A DNA stretch of 64,000 nt from Lytechinus pictus (GCF_037042905.1 NC_087245.1:20028001-20092000); one strand, 5' to 3'. Shown: positions 39,368-53,725, numbered from the stretch's first letter. Translations and numbers: made by a program. The notes: a model not told the origin generated them from the sequence alone.

Positions 39368-42300
39368 CTTATCACATGAATTAGAAATAAACAGTATATA
39401 TACTACACACCATTCAAATAAGCACAGCTACAAGAAATAGTTATACATGATGTGCAATGTTACACCAATCTTTTCTCAGTGATTCCTCAACACTAATAAA
39501 TATTAAACTGAAGCATAACACCAAAATATTCTTCGAGTTAACTCGAGAGAATCTCATATTTTTTTAAATCAAATTCATCAAGATTAAGAACACTAAAAAT
39601 CCTATTTCATGAGATATTAAAGTCTGAGGTTACCCCTACACGTACCTGTGAACCTATACACTTAATTCTTATTGTGAAAAGCTAAATGCTCAATTAACCT
39701 TGAATTAATATTACCATGATAATTAAAAGGTATACTATGGCATACTTCTCTCACATATATACAATTAGTAAGTATGTTATAATTTATAGGATTTTTTAAT
39801 AAATTCACATCACGTGTGATTAGTGTCACTCAAAATTGACCAATCATTTCATCTAGATGTATTTTCAAAAACTCAAACATTTGAATCTAAAATCCTATAT
39901 AGATAAAAAACTATGTAAAGTAGGACTCAATCTAGAGTTTGAATGGTCACTATGGCCGATATTTTACTTACACTCTTCCCAAATAACAAGAAACAAAACT
40001 TGAGAGCTCAAAATGACAACCTTCATCTTTCCACAACTTATTACTTGTTCGTTTAAAAGATGTTGTAACGGAAAATGGCAATTTAATTGAATTCAATTGA
40101 CCATTTTTTATATGAGGTGTAAAAATTGTTCATCTGTAAATATACTCCCACACAAGGCTGAATAAACATTCTTGTGTTCAAAAGGGAAACCTTAAACGCT
40201 CTTGACCATGGCCTTGAAGGATCTAATAATACAGGTAGAGTTAAATCTTCACCAGCCTGCATTTCAAAATTATCAAATTCATGTCTGATCCAGCAATTAA
40301 TTCATCCCAATTAGAACAATACCAAAATTACAAGTAATGAAGATGCAATTAGCAGGTAATTTGTGAGGTTTAGTCAATTGCTACACCAAACTCGACATAA
40401 GAAACCATTACAGGTTGGATATCAATGTGAATACAGATTATTGAAATCCATTGGGACCCACGAAATTTGCTATATAGCAAAACTTCACTGTTAAAGTTTT
40501 CCACACAGACATATGGAATATAACAGAATTGCATACACATATTACCAATATGAAAAAAATAATGAACTCGGGGAATATGAATGTAAACCAATTAGTCCTA
40601 ACTTGAATATTTTATACTACTTCATATAATCTGATATAACTGTCAGATTATCCAAAGAACAAACTAATATACTATCACCTCAGATACAGTTGCTACATTA
40701 GATATTATCAAATATCAAGAAACAGAATGAAATAACCATCACATCATTCCCTTAAATGTTTGAATTATCATTGTAGATGAATTAAATTAAATTTCTTGAC
40801 ATTTTTCATCAATATCATAATATTTTCCCCCAAATAACATCTAGGAATCTGGTCAATAATGAGAAAGCAACTTCATACGCATAGTTCAGTTCTGGCATTT
40901 TGACTGCAGGGACCTTTTTCTAAACCAAGCAATGTTTTCTAGGATAGGACACAATTTGATTATGGGCAAAGAAAGTCAAGGTCATAGACTATAAAGAAAA
41001 GGACCTCAATAATCACTGAATGAAATATTCATAACTACAGTATGTCATGGTGGGATAATACAGACTGTGTGCCTCATTCATTCAATATGAACACATACTG
41101 AAAAGAAACAAGGACAAAATCTATATCAGCAGGGCCTCATGGAAGTTTGATTCTCATTTCGTCCTTGGTTTTGATAATTACATGTATGAATGGATCTATT
41201 TTACTGTCCGGTAATAATGACACGCACCGCTGACCACGTTTTGAGGAGGTTATAAAGGGAGATGACAATGCAGTGACTTCAACCGTTTCCCCAACAATTA
41301 GCTCTAGAAACAGACCAATAATTGGCAGATAAATAAACAATGTTGACCATGGTGCAATATTGATGTGAAGTTCTTATTTGCATCAGATTCAAGGACTCAA
41401 TGATTAGTTTACTGCGATATTTGTGAATACTCTCATTTCCTTAAAACATCAATAATGAATCAACTTTAATTTTGTTTTTATTTTCACAATGATTTCTTAT
41501 ACAATAACTGTTGTTTCAGTCTAGAAGCAATTGTCCACTTGACTCAACATAGTATACATGGATTTTGTGCAAATTTCTTCGCCATTATACTATCTGTCAT
41601 GATTTCAGATGACAGAAAGAATCATGATTTTCTATGACATGTTATATGACAATATTTGTTTTAAGTTTTATTCAGACCACTACTATAGCAGAGTCATTGA
41701 CTTGTAGTAAATGTTGTTTTTTCCAACATTCATGTAGCAGTCTTGGGACTCTCTTATCTGACTGCTGGTTCCTTCTTGCATAGATTTTTATCAAGCCATT
41801 CCATGTAACTCGGAATGGCGTTCAGGAAAAAACACACAAAGAGTAATAGCCTATTTTAAGAATTTAAAACATTATGAATTGCATTTTTTTTTGGAAAAGA
41901 CAAATAAAAGATTTGATAATGATAGGAACTGATTTAGAGACATTATGGTGGAATTATATATAGATATGAATAAAAATATGATGAACACTGTGAGAGATAT
42001 CAAGGATACTAAAAATATACTGTTGTAAATTAGAATAATAAATAGTTTGTCACTGTGACTGTATGCATTACAACAATAGAAAAGAAAAAATGCAGAGTTC
42101 ACTTAAAATGAAAAAAAAAAAGGAATTGCAAGTTTATCCAAGAAAGATTGAACAAACAAAGATTGGGAAATCAAATGAGACTGAAATTGAAAACAGGAGA
42201 ATGAGAAAGGGGTGAATAGGATAAACAGAGAATATGAAGTGATTATTTTCAAAATAATTCAAATTAATGTATATTATTGAAGACTTCACAGCTTGATAAA

Positions 42301-42898
42301 TGTTTAATTTTGATGATAAATGCCTTGGCCTTAAATTTTTTTTTTATAAAGAATATGGAGAGGAGAGCAACTGAGGGGAAAGGGAAAAGAGGAAGAGAAA
42401 GGGGGGGGGGTCAAAGAGAAAAGGAGATGAAGGGATCTGTAACTGATAGACAGACATTGAACATGTCAGAAGCAATCAAAACTGTCCATATTTCAGTATT
42501 GTTATCCTTTTGTGCCCTGAAATACAGCAATGGTATTGACCTGAACTCCCCAAATGCCAAAGAGTTTGGAAAACATGAATTGAAACCGCACAAAATTAAA
42601 CCAAGAAGGTTGGTATATTCATTGGGGGGACAGGTCAGTTGGACCAACCTGCACACAGCTGATATATTTACTATCTACATGAACTTGTTGCAAGAACAGG
42701 CTTCAATCAGATGATGTCCCCAGGCGGAAGTGGCTGAAAGCAGATATTTTTTTGGTTGATAGGAATTGCAGATTTACAGCACGTTTGTTGGGACTCAGAT
42801 ATAATATTTTTCCAATTATGTATATTCAGAGGCAAAAATCACAAAAGATAATGACCCATAGCAATTCACACATGCATCTCTGCAATGAAGGTGATTAA

Positions 42899-43276
42899 AG
42901 TGATTGGTTAACATTGGTTTGACTTTAAAAAAATCTGAGCTAGAAGGTCACACTTGTCACATGTGTCTGTGATATGTTACAAAAATGAAGCCCAGAAAAA
43001 ATTGCATTCGAAAATAATTATTTAGTGCTTCAAAAATTGAAATAAAAAGTGACCGAAAACACAATCTTAATTTCATCCCATACACTTATGTGTACTATTT
43101 AGGCGTCTATAAGACGCCTATTTACAAAATCGGGGTTTGCCTTGTAGTTTTAGCTTTTCATTCTCAATAATGGTTGTTTTCAGGGTTTATTAGTTCTAAT
43201 TCATGCACTTGTACACATGTTTCATCTTGGTTTGAGAATTTTTTAAATCGGCTGCTCACAAACTTAAACAATACCT
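42899..43276. mobile_element. Kolobok-like MITE
   Basis: TTAA|agtgattggttaa ... ttaaacaatacct|TTAA; AG..CT ends, imperfect TIR. Confidence 0.65.
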
Positions 43277-44552
43277 TTAAGCTCCATAGTCAACATTCTC
43301 CTTCAAAATTGTACATTGTAAAAATAAAAGACTTTTCAACAATATTACCAATCAATATTGTGACTACAATCTAAAAGCAGGGGTGGTTCAAGCATTTTGA
43401 AACAGAGGGAGTGCAAAAAAGGAAATTTGAAAATAGAGGGGGTGCAGACAGCTATTTTCATACATTCATCTATATTATTTCCTATGTTCGATTGGAGATT
43501 CTCAAAATAATATAGAGGTGTGAGTCTTAAATCCTACATCCTGACCCAATTAGTATTTTTCATTGTACAAACTTTTTTGATTTACGATTTGAATTTCATT
43601 GATGAAAGATATACTTTAATCAACTACTTATTGCAGAGAACCCATACTTACAAGCTTTGCTTTCCAGAGGGTTCCCTCTTTTCATTTCTGTATATCATAT
43701 TTTTGTGTTTTGCCTTACATTGTAACTTTTGTTGAATTTTGGAATGAAAAGAATAAATGCAATCAATCAATCTGCCAATCAAGGCTACTGTACTCTCAAT
43801 ATCACAATAATTTATGGGAGCATCCAAATCAATTCAGCATGTGAAAAATCATAAAAGCATAGGGAATCAACATGTGAATGGCATACATGAAAAAAATACA
43901 TCTGTTTGAATATCTACTCTGTTGGTAATCATCTAGCATTTGAAATGGTACTTTGTTAGTGTTCCACAAAACTGGGAGGAGAAAAATAAATTCTGGAGAC
44001 ATATGTTGGCTGAAGAGTTATTAGTTATTTTACGATCATGATGATAAGTTTATGATTTACATAGACAGAATATGACACCTGTTTGATTCTATGGATCCAT
44101 CCATATACCAAGACAATATTTAATCTCTCTTGCACACCCTGTCTGCTTCATATCAATCAATCGATTCTTTTCAAAGCTAATCATCTGAGAAATTATGAAC
44201 ATTTTCATCCAGTGAGAGCTATAAAGGTCCTAATGCATGGAAGTCTACATAAAGCTCATGCCTTTCTGTCTCTGACATAAACAAAATGAGTCATTCTCTT
44301 ACAAGTGCAATAAACCTCATATTAATTTTGTGCAAGTTCCATCTGTCTAATATATTTTTTCTGTATCAGCTCAATAATAGACATGATCAATCAAAATCAT
44401 TTTATTAATATTCATATTCTCCAAGCATCATTTAAAGCGCTATTTTATTTTCCCACTTCACAAAATGTGTATTTTCCTTCATTGAGTTTTATCGATATTC
44501 TCATGCAGTAAATGCTACTTCCACCTTCTGTATTAATTCTAATATAGAAAAA

Positions 44553-44772
44553 TGGGTGGTGTTTTACAAAGCTTTCAGTGTAAATAGCAATGACATTTAT
44601 ATTTCAAACTTTGTGTGGTCAATACAAATATATAACATATTGATCACTGCATTGTTTGAATTATGGTCAGGAGACACACACTGCTGTGTATTTATCAATG
44701 AAATTATGCATAAAAATAACAAGAGCAGAATTAGCACTTTAAGTCACACCTAACTTTTTGTGACACCCCCCC
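44553..44772. mobile_element. Decayed MITE related to 25057-25272
   Basis: gggtggtgttttacaaag ... tttaagtcacacctaactttttgtgacaccccc. Confidence 0.5.
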
Positions 44773-46180
44773 CCCCTCCCCCGACATGTTACAATATGTA
44801 ATATCAAGAATATATTTTCCAGATCTAAACATTGCACTCAAACAAATTTATACCAAGATTACAAGAGACATAAAATATTAATGAGGATATTATTTCCTAA
44901 TAAAACAAGGCCACTGAAGTTAGCGTCTGCTTTAAGTTACTCTGCTTATGCAAAAATAGTTTAATGACACATTTCAAAGAAGTACATATAGAGGAAGGTT
45001 AAATGGGATCAATTACTATTTCCTAAATAATAAAAAACTCCTTGATTGATAGATGACTTTTTCATAATCTTGCAGAGAATGTATTCAACAGGAGTCTATT
45101 TATGTATTCAAGCTACAATTTGCTTTCCAGACATGAAAGAAAATAGAAAAGTAACAACAGTGACTTCTCTTGTCACATCCGGAATGTCAAGTGTTGGGTA
45201 CTTAATTTAGTCTGAATGTTTCAAGGACAAGATAACTTCCCTTTCTAAACTTTTGCAGGTATAAATCATATCCTAAATGTTGGAAAAGGGATTAAATATT
45301 TCACACATTGCAATCCTTTAAAAATTCTAATTCATTCAACTTGAAATTGAGGTAGACTGGTAGCCTTTGAAAATACAACTAGACAGGAATAGATGCATTT
45401 ACTCAAAACTATTTTTGAAAGAACTTAATTTAAGCATAATTCTGCCAGTAACAGCCCTACATTTGTGCGATTTAAAATACAATGCTGTAACAAACTATCC
45501 CTTTAGAGCTTATCCATATAATAGTCTCAAATCAAGAATTTGTTATGCAACAAAACAGTGACTTTCAGCTTCAGAATCCAAATACAAGCTCTTATTAATA
45601 GATGATGCTGATTCAGGGAAGGTGTTGTTATATGAGGTCATTCCTATACCACTTTAACCTTAAAAAAGTTCTGGTTCTTTTGACCTTTTAAAGATCCTCC
45701 TGTGATTTAAAGTCGGATGGATTTGATATATGTATTGACCATCCCATTCCAGTTTAGCATTAAGAATGAGGTGCAAAAGGATTAATTCTTCAAGGTTTGA
45801 CCATCATGAGTTAAATCACAGGATAAATTGATAAATAAAACAGAAAAGAGTTTAGCATGACTGATAATGCAATATGCACATATAAATCTTTCATTTTCTC
45901 ACACTATAAGGAGAAAAACACCATGCATACTTTAAGAGATGTAAGCCTATACATCAAGGACAAGTGATTCGTTACTGAAATACTGTTCTTAAGCCCATTA
46001 ATAACATTAACTGATTCCAGCTTATATATTAAAGAAAGTTTTCACTAAATCTATCACCGTCCCACTAATTGCTCTAATTCCAAATTCCCCCTTTAGATAT
46101 CTGGCTTTCCCTCTCTACATTGATATAAATTAAATGTACACCATGTATATTCTGCAGTGTAATTAAAGTTAAAAACTTTA

Positions 46181-46978
46181 ACCCCGGTTCTCAGTATACT
46201 TTCTTGAACTGGTTTCCTTTAAACCAGTCTAGGAAACCAGTATAGAAAATCGCTTTGCTAGCATCCCCATCACCATCTCCTGAACTGGTTTTCAGAACCA
46301 CTTCACGTAAAGTGTTCTTGTTGCTACGAGAACGCTCTCGGTGGGGTTACATGTTTTGTGCTAAATTTGAAACTGCAGCATAGGCATTCTACACACAGTG
46401 GCCCGTATTCTGAAGTCAGGTTTAACTTAGACCACGGTCTAACTCTGTGCTAAAATTATGGGGAACCAAAAATTCAAAAATTATGTTTATTCTGTATATT
46501 TCTTATGTTTACTATCTTGTTTGATTTTGCTTCCATAACGAAGAAAAATACTTCATTCATCATTCCCAGACAATTAAACAAACAATTTGGGTGCCGTATG
46601 AGTTAATAAATTGAATGTGTACTGTAAGGGATTTGTGTTCCAATTGGCTCTCCATAGTTAAACCACAACTTTAAACCAGGGTTTGATTTAAACCCGAGTT
46701 CAAAATACGGGCAAATGTGTAGAGCAACATGCCCAAAATGTGCAAAGATCACTTCCCGAAGAACGGTTGTGTCCTCACTTACGCTTAAATTGGTTTAATG
46801 AGGCAAAACAGTCTTGAAAACCATATCGTGATGTGGCTTTCCAAACTGGTTTGGAAGACCACTTAAGATCGCTTCCAAGACTGCTTAGAGCATCCCTATT
46901 ACACGTGAAACTGTACTATAAATTCTATTAATCTGGTTTCCACTAAACTAGTTTATGAACGTATATGAGAACAGGGTC
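46181..46978. mobile_element. Harbinger-like MITE (same family as 63206-63637) carrying a nested MITE
   Basis: TIR accccggttctca / tgagaacagggtc, flanks tta / ttt; internal identity with the 63.2-kb copy, e.g. gaagaacggttgtgtcctcac and cactaaactagttta. Confidence 0.85.
46396..46717. mobile_element. Nested MITE with CAGTG ends
   Basis: cagtggcccgtattctgaagtcaggtttaa ... ttaaacccgagttcaaaatacgggcaaatg; absent from the homologous position of the 63.2-kb copy. Confidence 0.85.
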
Positions 46979-47105
46979 TTTGTGACATGAATTTTCATGC
47001 AGATACAGAAGTCTTGCACCAACATGACCATGAAACAAAAGAAGTCTAACATGAAGAGAAAGCCCTCTTCCCTTTAAAAGACTATGTGATACAAGAGCTA
47101 CGCAC

Positions 47106-47282
47106 TTGAGATAATATATCACAGCCTGGGGCAAAGACTACTGAGAGTCTCGGAAATCTTGAGCCTTGAACGTAGCATGACATGCATGACCCCGTGGAAG
47201 AGGTCCTCGGTTTACGAAATTTTGGCACCTTCAGTGCGGAAAGCTTGTCACCTACTGTTTCCGAACAGTTACGAAGATACAT
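47106..47282 (-). CDS. Candidate alternative first coding exon (59 codons, phase 0)
   Basis: ATG at 47282, MYLRNCSETVGDKLSALKVPKFRKPRTSSTGS...DILSQ, then CAA|GTGCGT; X-box-like cluster 160-300 bp upstream. Confidence 0.3.
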
Positions 47283-47438
47283 AATCTAGTTTTTTACATG
47301 AGGTCAAAAAATCAGGTTGCAATGCATCGTTGGGCAAATATAGCAAAAAAGTACTACTCCTGCCTTTTTTAATGAACTTATGGATATTTGCAAGGTGAAA
47401 AAACCCGGCTTTATAATTCTCTGACTGCCATTCTGTTT

Positions 47439-47579
47439 CTGTTTATGGTAACTCCCATAGGAACTCAACTCGGCAGGACAGCATTTTGCTGGTAAACGCC
47501 AAGCTGGTATATAACCAATTACCTAGGAAACAATTTACGTCTAGGTTAATCAGTCATAGTGGCTGACCTTATAGGCAAC
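47439..47579. promoter_or_regulatory. Cluster of RFX X-box-like sites plus CCAAT
   Basis: ATGGTAAC (47445-47452), ATTACCTAGGAAAC (47518-47531), TAGGCAAC (47572-47579), CCAAT at 47515. Confidence 0.35.
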
Positions 47580-47589
47580 AGATATTACT

Positions 47590-47695
47590 CTCGGGCCTTT
47601 TTTTTAATCAAAGTGGAGACAATGGCAGAGAAGGGATTCAAACTCACAACCTTGCAATTATGAGTCCAATGCTCTAACCACTGGACCACACGACC
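47590..47695 (-). mobile_element. tRNA-derived SINE 5' head
   Basis: Minus strand ggtcgtgTGGTCCAGTGGttagagcattggac...gaGTTTGAATCCc: A and B boxes, no complete cloverleaf. Confidence 0.75.
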
Positions 47696-50188
47696 CATTC
47701 AATGACTGTCTCACATCAAGAATTTGTATCTTCATGAAGGTCTGGTTAGTAGGTATAAATTGTTTGAAAACTTATAGGACGCTAACAAATCAAACTTTAA
47801 AAATATTTAAACTTCACATTTTTATTTTATTAGAAGATACAAAATAGGAAAAAGATTTTATACAATTTCTGCATTTTCAAACAAATCTATCTCGTACCAG
47901 AGTTGTGTGGTGGTTTTAATTCAATATGTAAACAAATTCTATGTTGGTGAAAATGATATGTCAAACAAGAGTGAGCAAGAAAATACATTATTTGTTTCTC
48001 CACCCCTCTACCCCTCCCCCATACACACACATTAAAAAAGAAACCCAAGGGGGAATATATTTCACATCTATGAGTCCTCTGGTAAAAAATTGAAAATAAC
48101 AAATTCAAGAACAATGGAAGTTTATTTCATTTATACTTTTCTTAAATAGGTAATAATAACACAAAAATTCACGCTGATATCTCTACCTCTTCTACAGTGA
48201 AAATAACATACCTCTACCCAATTACTGCATGTTTTTAACAGCATAAAGACCTAAAGGTTAACAAACATCATCTGAGTGTGAGAAGGTCATATGTTGCATA
48301 TCCTTTAACCACAATACTAACAGCCTTCTAGCACATAAAAGATCTGGATTAAATTGACTGAGAGGAAACCATCACACACTTTTGCAGACATCCCCTCCAG
48401 TCTGCGCAGAATAACACCAGATTTGTACATCGCTGCGGAATGCTATGAAAATGCTGCCGAAAATCCCTGGCACGGCCAAATTGAAATCCAAACATTTTGA
48501 AGCCATGGAACCTATTACGGGGCAGGAAGAAGCCTCAGACAGTTCACATGCCCTCAGTCCCTCGCCAAATTGAAATCGGATACCAGGGAAAATATTTGGG
48601 TGAAGAGCAATCAAGATATATCAATATGAATATATTTTCTTTGCCCCACAACACCTTTCTTTCAATGTCTGCTTCTGACATTAACTTCAGCCCGAGTCCT
48701 GGACCCATAACAAAGTAGTACAGACTCAACAAGGATGGGTCTAGTCTAGCGATGGCAACCGTTAATGGAGCACAGAACCAAATGGAAGACTATTTCTGCA
48801 CATTAATTTGAAACTGACACCTGACAGTCGCGGATATAGGGCCACCAACAATACAAAGGGAAAATTTCGGAAAGTCAAAGACTGAACTTTCATGTTAACA
48901 ATATGAGGGGGGAATGAACACATTTTGACCATTTCTGACTAACACAGAATGAAGAATAGAAGTTATTGACAAATTTAGGAGTATTAAAGTAAGGCCATAT
49001 AGCTCACTAGGTACATGAAGTCATATTTCAGGTCTACAAATAGTCATGGTCAATAGTCTCAATCCTGGCTGAAAGCCCATAGGCTTTCTATGTCATAGAG
49101 GGCGATGTTTACCATCTTTAATTTACAGTGTGCCAACTTGGTTAGTTGGTTGCAACATGTAAAATATTCTTTTTTAAGTGCTTGCCTTACATAGCAAAAT
49201 CTGCAAAAGCAACATCAAACTCTGAATAAATGTCTATGAGTGATGAAAAACAACTGTGGGAGTGGGACAAACATTTGATTCGTCACAAGAAAACTCCCCT
49301 GCTAATGCCCTTTCGGTGGGCACACAAAAAAATTTAGACATGCCGGCAGGGTTGTTTCTTTCATTGCAGATACATTAGCTAATGAGTATAGTTTCCCTGT
49401 GATTAACTTTCACCTGAGAGCTGAGAAAACGTAAAGGTTAAGCGCCATTCGAAAAACGAAGACTGAAACTTGAGGCTGGTGGCTGGGGCAGTCAACAGGA
49501 ATGAAGGACTCATCTTCTTTTACCTCTAAAATAATGTACATGGTGAATTTTCAAGGGACTGTCATCTGAAAAACACATTTAATCATCCGAACCTTTAAAA
49601 AATTGAAAAAATACCTAGAAATTGCATTACAAGAAGTGTGTCCTAGTAGCCAGCAGACCAGTAATTTATTATTCAGACATTTCATCTTTATACAAACATA
49701 GTAACTTAATAATATGAAGATATCAACTAAAAACATCTATCTCTATGTGAAATTAAGAATATTCAAGAGCAGCAAAATAATGAACAATGACATTTCTCAT
49801 TTGCAAAGGCTCGACAAAGGAATCACCTACAGGTAGGTCCCATGCACAGTGAAATGAATTGATGTTTTAGTAAACCCATGACATCCATGTATTAAACAGA
49901 CTGTCTGAAGTTCAGGGGATGAATACTGTGAACTATATTGGATTTTTATTCTTACATGAATAACTGAACAGTGTATAGACTGTTATATCATGTCATCAAT
50001 GATTTATTATTAATACAATTGCAAATACAATCCATTTATCACTTTAAGCGCCCTCTCTCAGTAAAGTTATTCTTCTTGAGTACTCTTCAGTTCAAATAAT
50101 TATTGTATATAGACTGAATTATTATAGCCCTATACAGAATAAATATATATACAAAGATTATATGCTAAAACTTGACCCCTTGATAGAT

Positions 50189-50321
50189 CAGGGTCGCGTA
50201 ACACAAAAGTTAGCAATTAATCGTATTTTTATTTTCATTATTGATTGTACATTGTAGGCAATGCAATCAATTGCTTAAAATGTTCTACGATCATTGCTAA
50301 GCTTTGTGTCATGGGTCCCAG
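50189..50321. mobile_element. Short MITE with C(A/T)GGG ends and AT TSD
   Basis: at|cagggtcgcgtaacacaaaagttagcaattaatcgta ... tacgatcattgctaagctttgtgtcatgggtcccag|at. Confidence 0.8.
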
Positions 50322-53300
50322 ATGATTTTAGATTGCCCTCTCACATAACATGTGTTCTATAATATTTCATTTAATCTGTAAATAAATTTCATTCTTTAAA
50401 AAAAAGTCTGACAGTTCTTTGAACCCTCACCAGACAAACAAAGAAGAGAAACGCCACGTCTGAAAATTGCAGACTACTTACTCTCTAAACTAGTGATGCT
50501 AAAACCAGAAAAATAATTAAGACAAATCCAGAATACCATTCCGACTCAAGGCTTTGAGACTTGACCCAGTTTCCACAAGAAAAACACGTAAGAGACCAAT
50601 AATCATGACAACAAAAAGCAGGACACAAATCTTTAATATCATTCTTTCTATAAGCATCAATCACATTAGAATATCCAAGAAAATCATGCCTTGGAAAATT
50701 TACATATCATGATTCTTGACAACGAAGATGCCATATAATTTTTCAATGGAATTAACAGTCATCACTCAATCTTTTAATACCTGGTGATGCATTTGTGGCC
50801 AACATTTTCCAAACAAAAAAAACAAACCATATACAAAATATATCAAAAACTAAAACTTTTAAGAGAATGTTTATCATCACCCATTGAATAAATTTCCCTC
50901 GAAAAAAAATTATGTAACCTTCTTAATGCTGTTGAAATTTTTTTTTTAAGTAGAGAATTTTGTTTACAGATTTCTGGACCTTTTTTTTTTTTTTTTAGAT
51001 TATAGTTGGCTATACTTCAGACGTGGATGCAGTATAATCCTTTTAAAAAAATAAGACCACTACCAGAAATTACAAATAATTTCACCTTCTCTCATATATA
51101 ACATCAGTGGTTTATTTTAAGAGAGAATTCAAGACTATTCTCTGAAATTCCGCTTGCTATGATAATATTACAATGGTGCAAATAACAATTATGTTTTATG
51201 ATTCAACTACTCCCTAATTTCTTCTATTACAATTCCTTTGATACTACAAACCAGGCCTGGGAGACACAACATTGACGTCAAACCATCATAAATATACCAA
51301 ATGATGTTGAACTCAAAAGGTAATCAGTCAATGCAAATAAATATATGAATATATATGCATCTTCATCACAAAATCTGTCATGTTAATGACCTGATGATAG
51401 CTAAATTTTTTAACTAGTCTTCATGGAATAAGTATAGAATAAGATTAAAAGTAATACCAAGAAAAGGGAAATGCAGTCTTTGTTCCAAGAATGGTGGATC
51501 GATATGATAATCTGTTGTCATTGAACAAAGACAGAGAGGTCCAAACAGACATGCAACCAAATCACTCAGAAAAATTCTTTGTGAAAACCGGGCCTCGCTT
51601 TGTATTGGACAAAAAGGGGCCAACTGATTTGCCGAAGACTCAAATTCATATTTTATCTAACTACCAGGGGTGAAACAAGGTCGGCTCAGCTACTCTCTTC
51701 ATCTCTTGTCTATAAAAAGTACCTCAAACTAGATGACCAATGTCAATGACCTAGGCCTGTTTTTTTTACAATTTTCTCAAAATTTGCCTAATTTCCCATG
51801 CATATGTCAAAGGCCAAGTCAGAATTTAAGCCGAAGATTCATTTTCTACTATCCAAGCAGGCATTTTGAAGTCCTGTGCAGACTCCTGTTTTTTAACCTT
51901 CCATAATTGTTGATAGAATTTTCTTAGAAAGACAAATCCAATTAGATAATATCATTGCAATTTGGAACAATTTCATTAGATCTGAATGTTTCTTTTATCA
52001 GGATGATGTGTTAATAATAATTTTGTAGGTTTGCAATGTTACAAGGGAAACTGTTTTACAATCTAATCATAAAAACATGTAACATAACAATTATCACTTC
52101 ATAATCTCTTTGTATGTTAACAGTAGACTACATTAGAATTATATTTAAAAAAATAACAAAGCTGCAACTTCACTTGCTTTACTGTATTTATATTTATACT
52201 AAATACTCAATTTTGCTCCTTGTGCTGATTTTTTTATTGTTATTTTTCTTATTCTCAATGTTTATCTGCAGCTATTATGAGTGTTTAATTCAATGGTTTT
52301 GAATTGAATGGTTTACGGTAATTACAACATAAAAAACAATTAAAATTTAGTACAAAAATTATAAAATGCATAACTATTGATTAGTGCTTGCTCTAGTTGA
52401 GCCTAGTTCCTCACTTAAAAATATTCTATTTCAGTCTTAAAAATATATGAGTAAATCTTTCTTTGTATACATACATTCTAAATGCCTAAGATTTTAAAAA
52501 ATCAATTGAAGTGCTTGTTATTATTTAGGAATAACATAAATTTAGACCAAGAATGATTAATCAATAAGATTTATTTCCCATTCTATAAGATTTAGATTTT
52601 TAATCTTATTTTGGCATGGTCACTAATTACACTCTAAGGAGTTAAGAGTGTATACTACATAATACATTTTCATCTTCAAAATAAGAGACAGGAAAAAAAA
52701 TCTTACTATAAGTCTTCATAATTTATATGCAAAATATATCTCATTCTTTAAAAAAATATTAAAGTTTATTCTCTGAACAAAATTTGTTCAATTAATGCAA
52801 TGACCATCTTATTATTTCTCAAAATCATTCAAGATGCCATGAATAAAATACAGCTGACTGAATATCAAGACTAACCTCAGCTACCTGTGCGGCTTTTGTG
52901 AAAGGACTCATATTTCAAGAATGGTTATTCGAAATTAAGACAAATGTCATACCGCCCTGACTCAAAGAACCGTTGAAGTCTCATTCATTTTGCAAGTTTA
53001 GACCTGGCATTCCACATATCCATAATTGATGTTTTTCATCTAAATTCCACTACCTGATTGTATGCAATTGATTATTTAAGGGGCCTAGAATATAATATAT
53101 GTAAACTTATCTCTTTGGGTGTTTTTTTTTTCCATTTAGAAATTCAAAAGAGCTGTGCTGAGCTAGTAGTTTATAGTACCTTTAACATAATAGCAATCAT
53201 TATTACTTTTAAAATTATAGATCCTTCATGTTTTTAACATCAATGAGCTCTACAAATTTTCTTCTATGAAATTGAGAACAGTAATTTTTTCAATACATGG

Positions 53301-53569
53301 ACAGTAACTGTAATATAAAAATTGTCTAACTAAGATCCATCATCTTTGTTATTTAATTTTGATCTGAAACCAGGTATGAATATTATTATATGTGTATCTT
53401 CAATGATATGAGTAAGCTAATGTCACATCCCTACAATTTCTAATATATTTGTAATAATTATTTACAGCAATGATCATCTCACACACTAAGATCTCATTTT
53501 GTTATATTCTTGGAACCCCCAAAATATATAAATAAACAAAAACCTATGTGATAAAGTACAAAAATTATA

Positions 53570-53725
53570 TCTGTGGCATCATCAGTTCACTCCTTCATTT
53601 GAAGATAATATATTGCATTCAACAGTTATGACAATGCATAACTTTCTATTTTTCATCCGATTGCAAATTTCCAATGTAATTTTTATCCGATTCCAATGCA
53701 TTTTCAATGTTTTGCTTGTTTAATA
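53570..53725 (+). mobile_element. Decayed right-end fragment of the Kolobok-like family at 38123
   Basis: cataactttctatttttcatccgatt...caatgttttgcttgtt matches 38618-38672. Confidence 0.5.

Noticed and set aside
41137..41340. Minus-strand ORF as an exon
   Set aside because: Weak splice signals, no homology recognised
42104..42240. Strong-looking acceptor at 42181
   Set aside because: Followed by another T-rich tract and only a poor donor; no plausible exon
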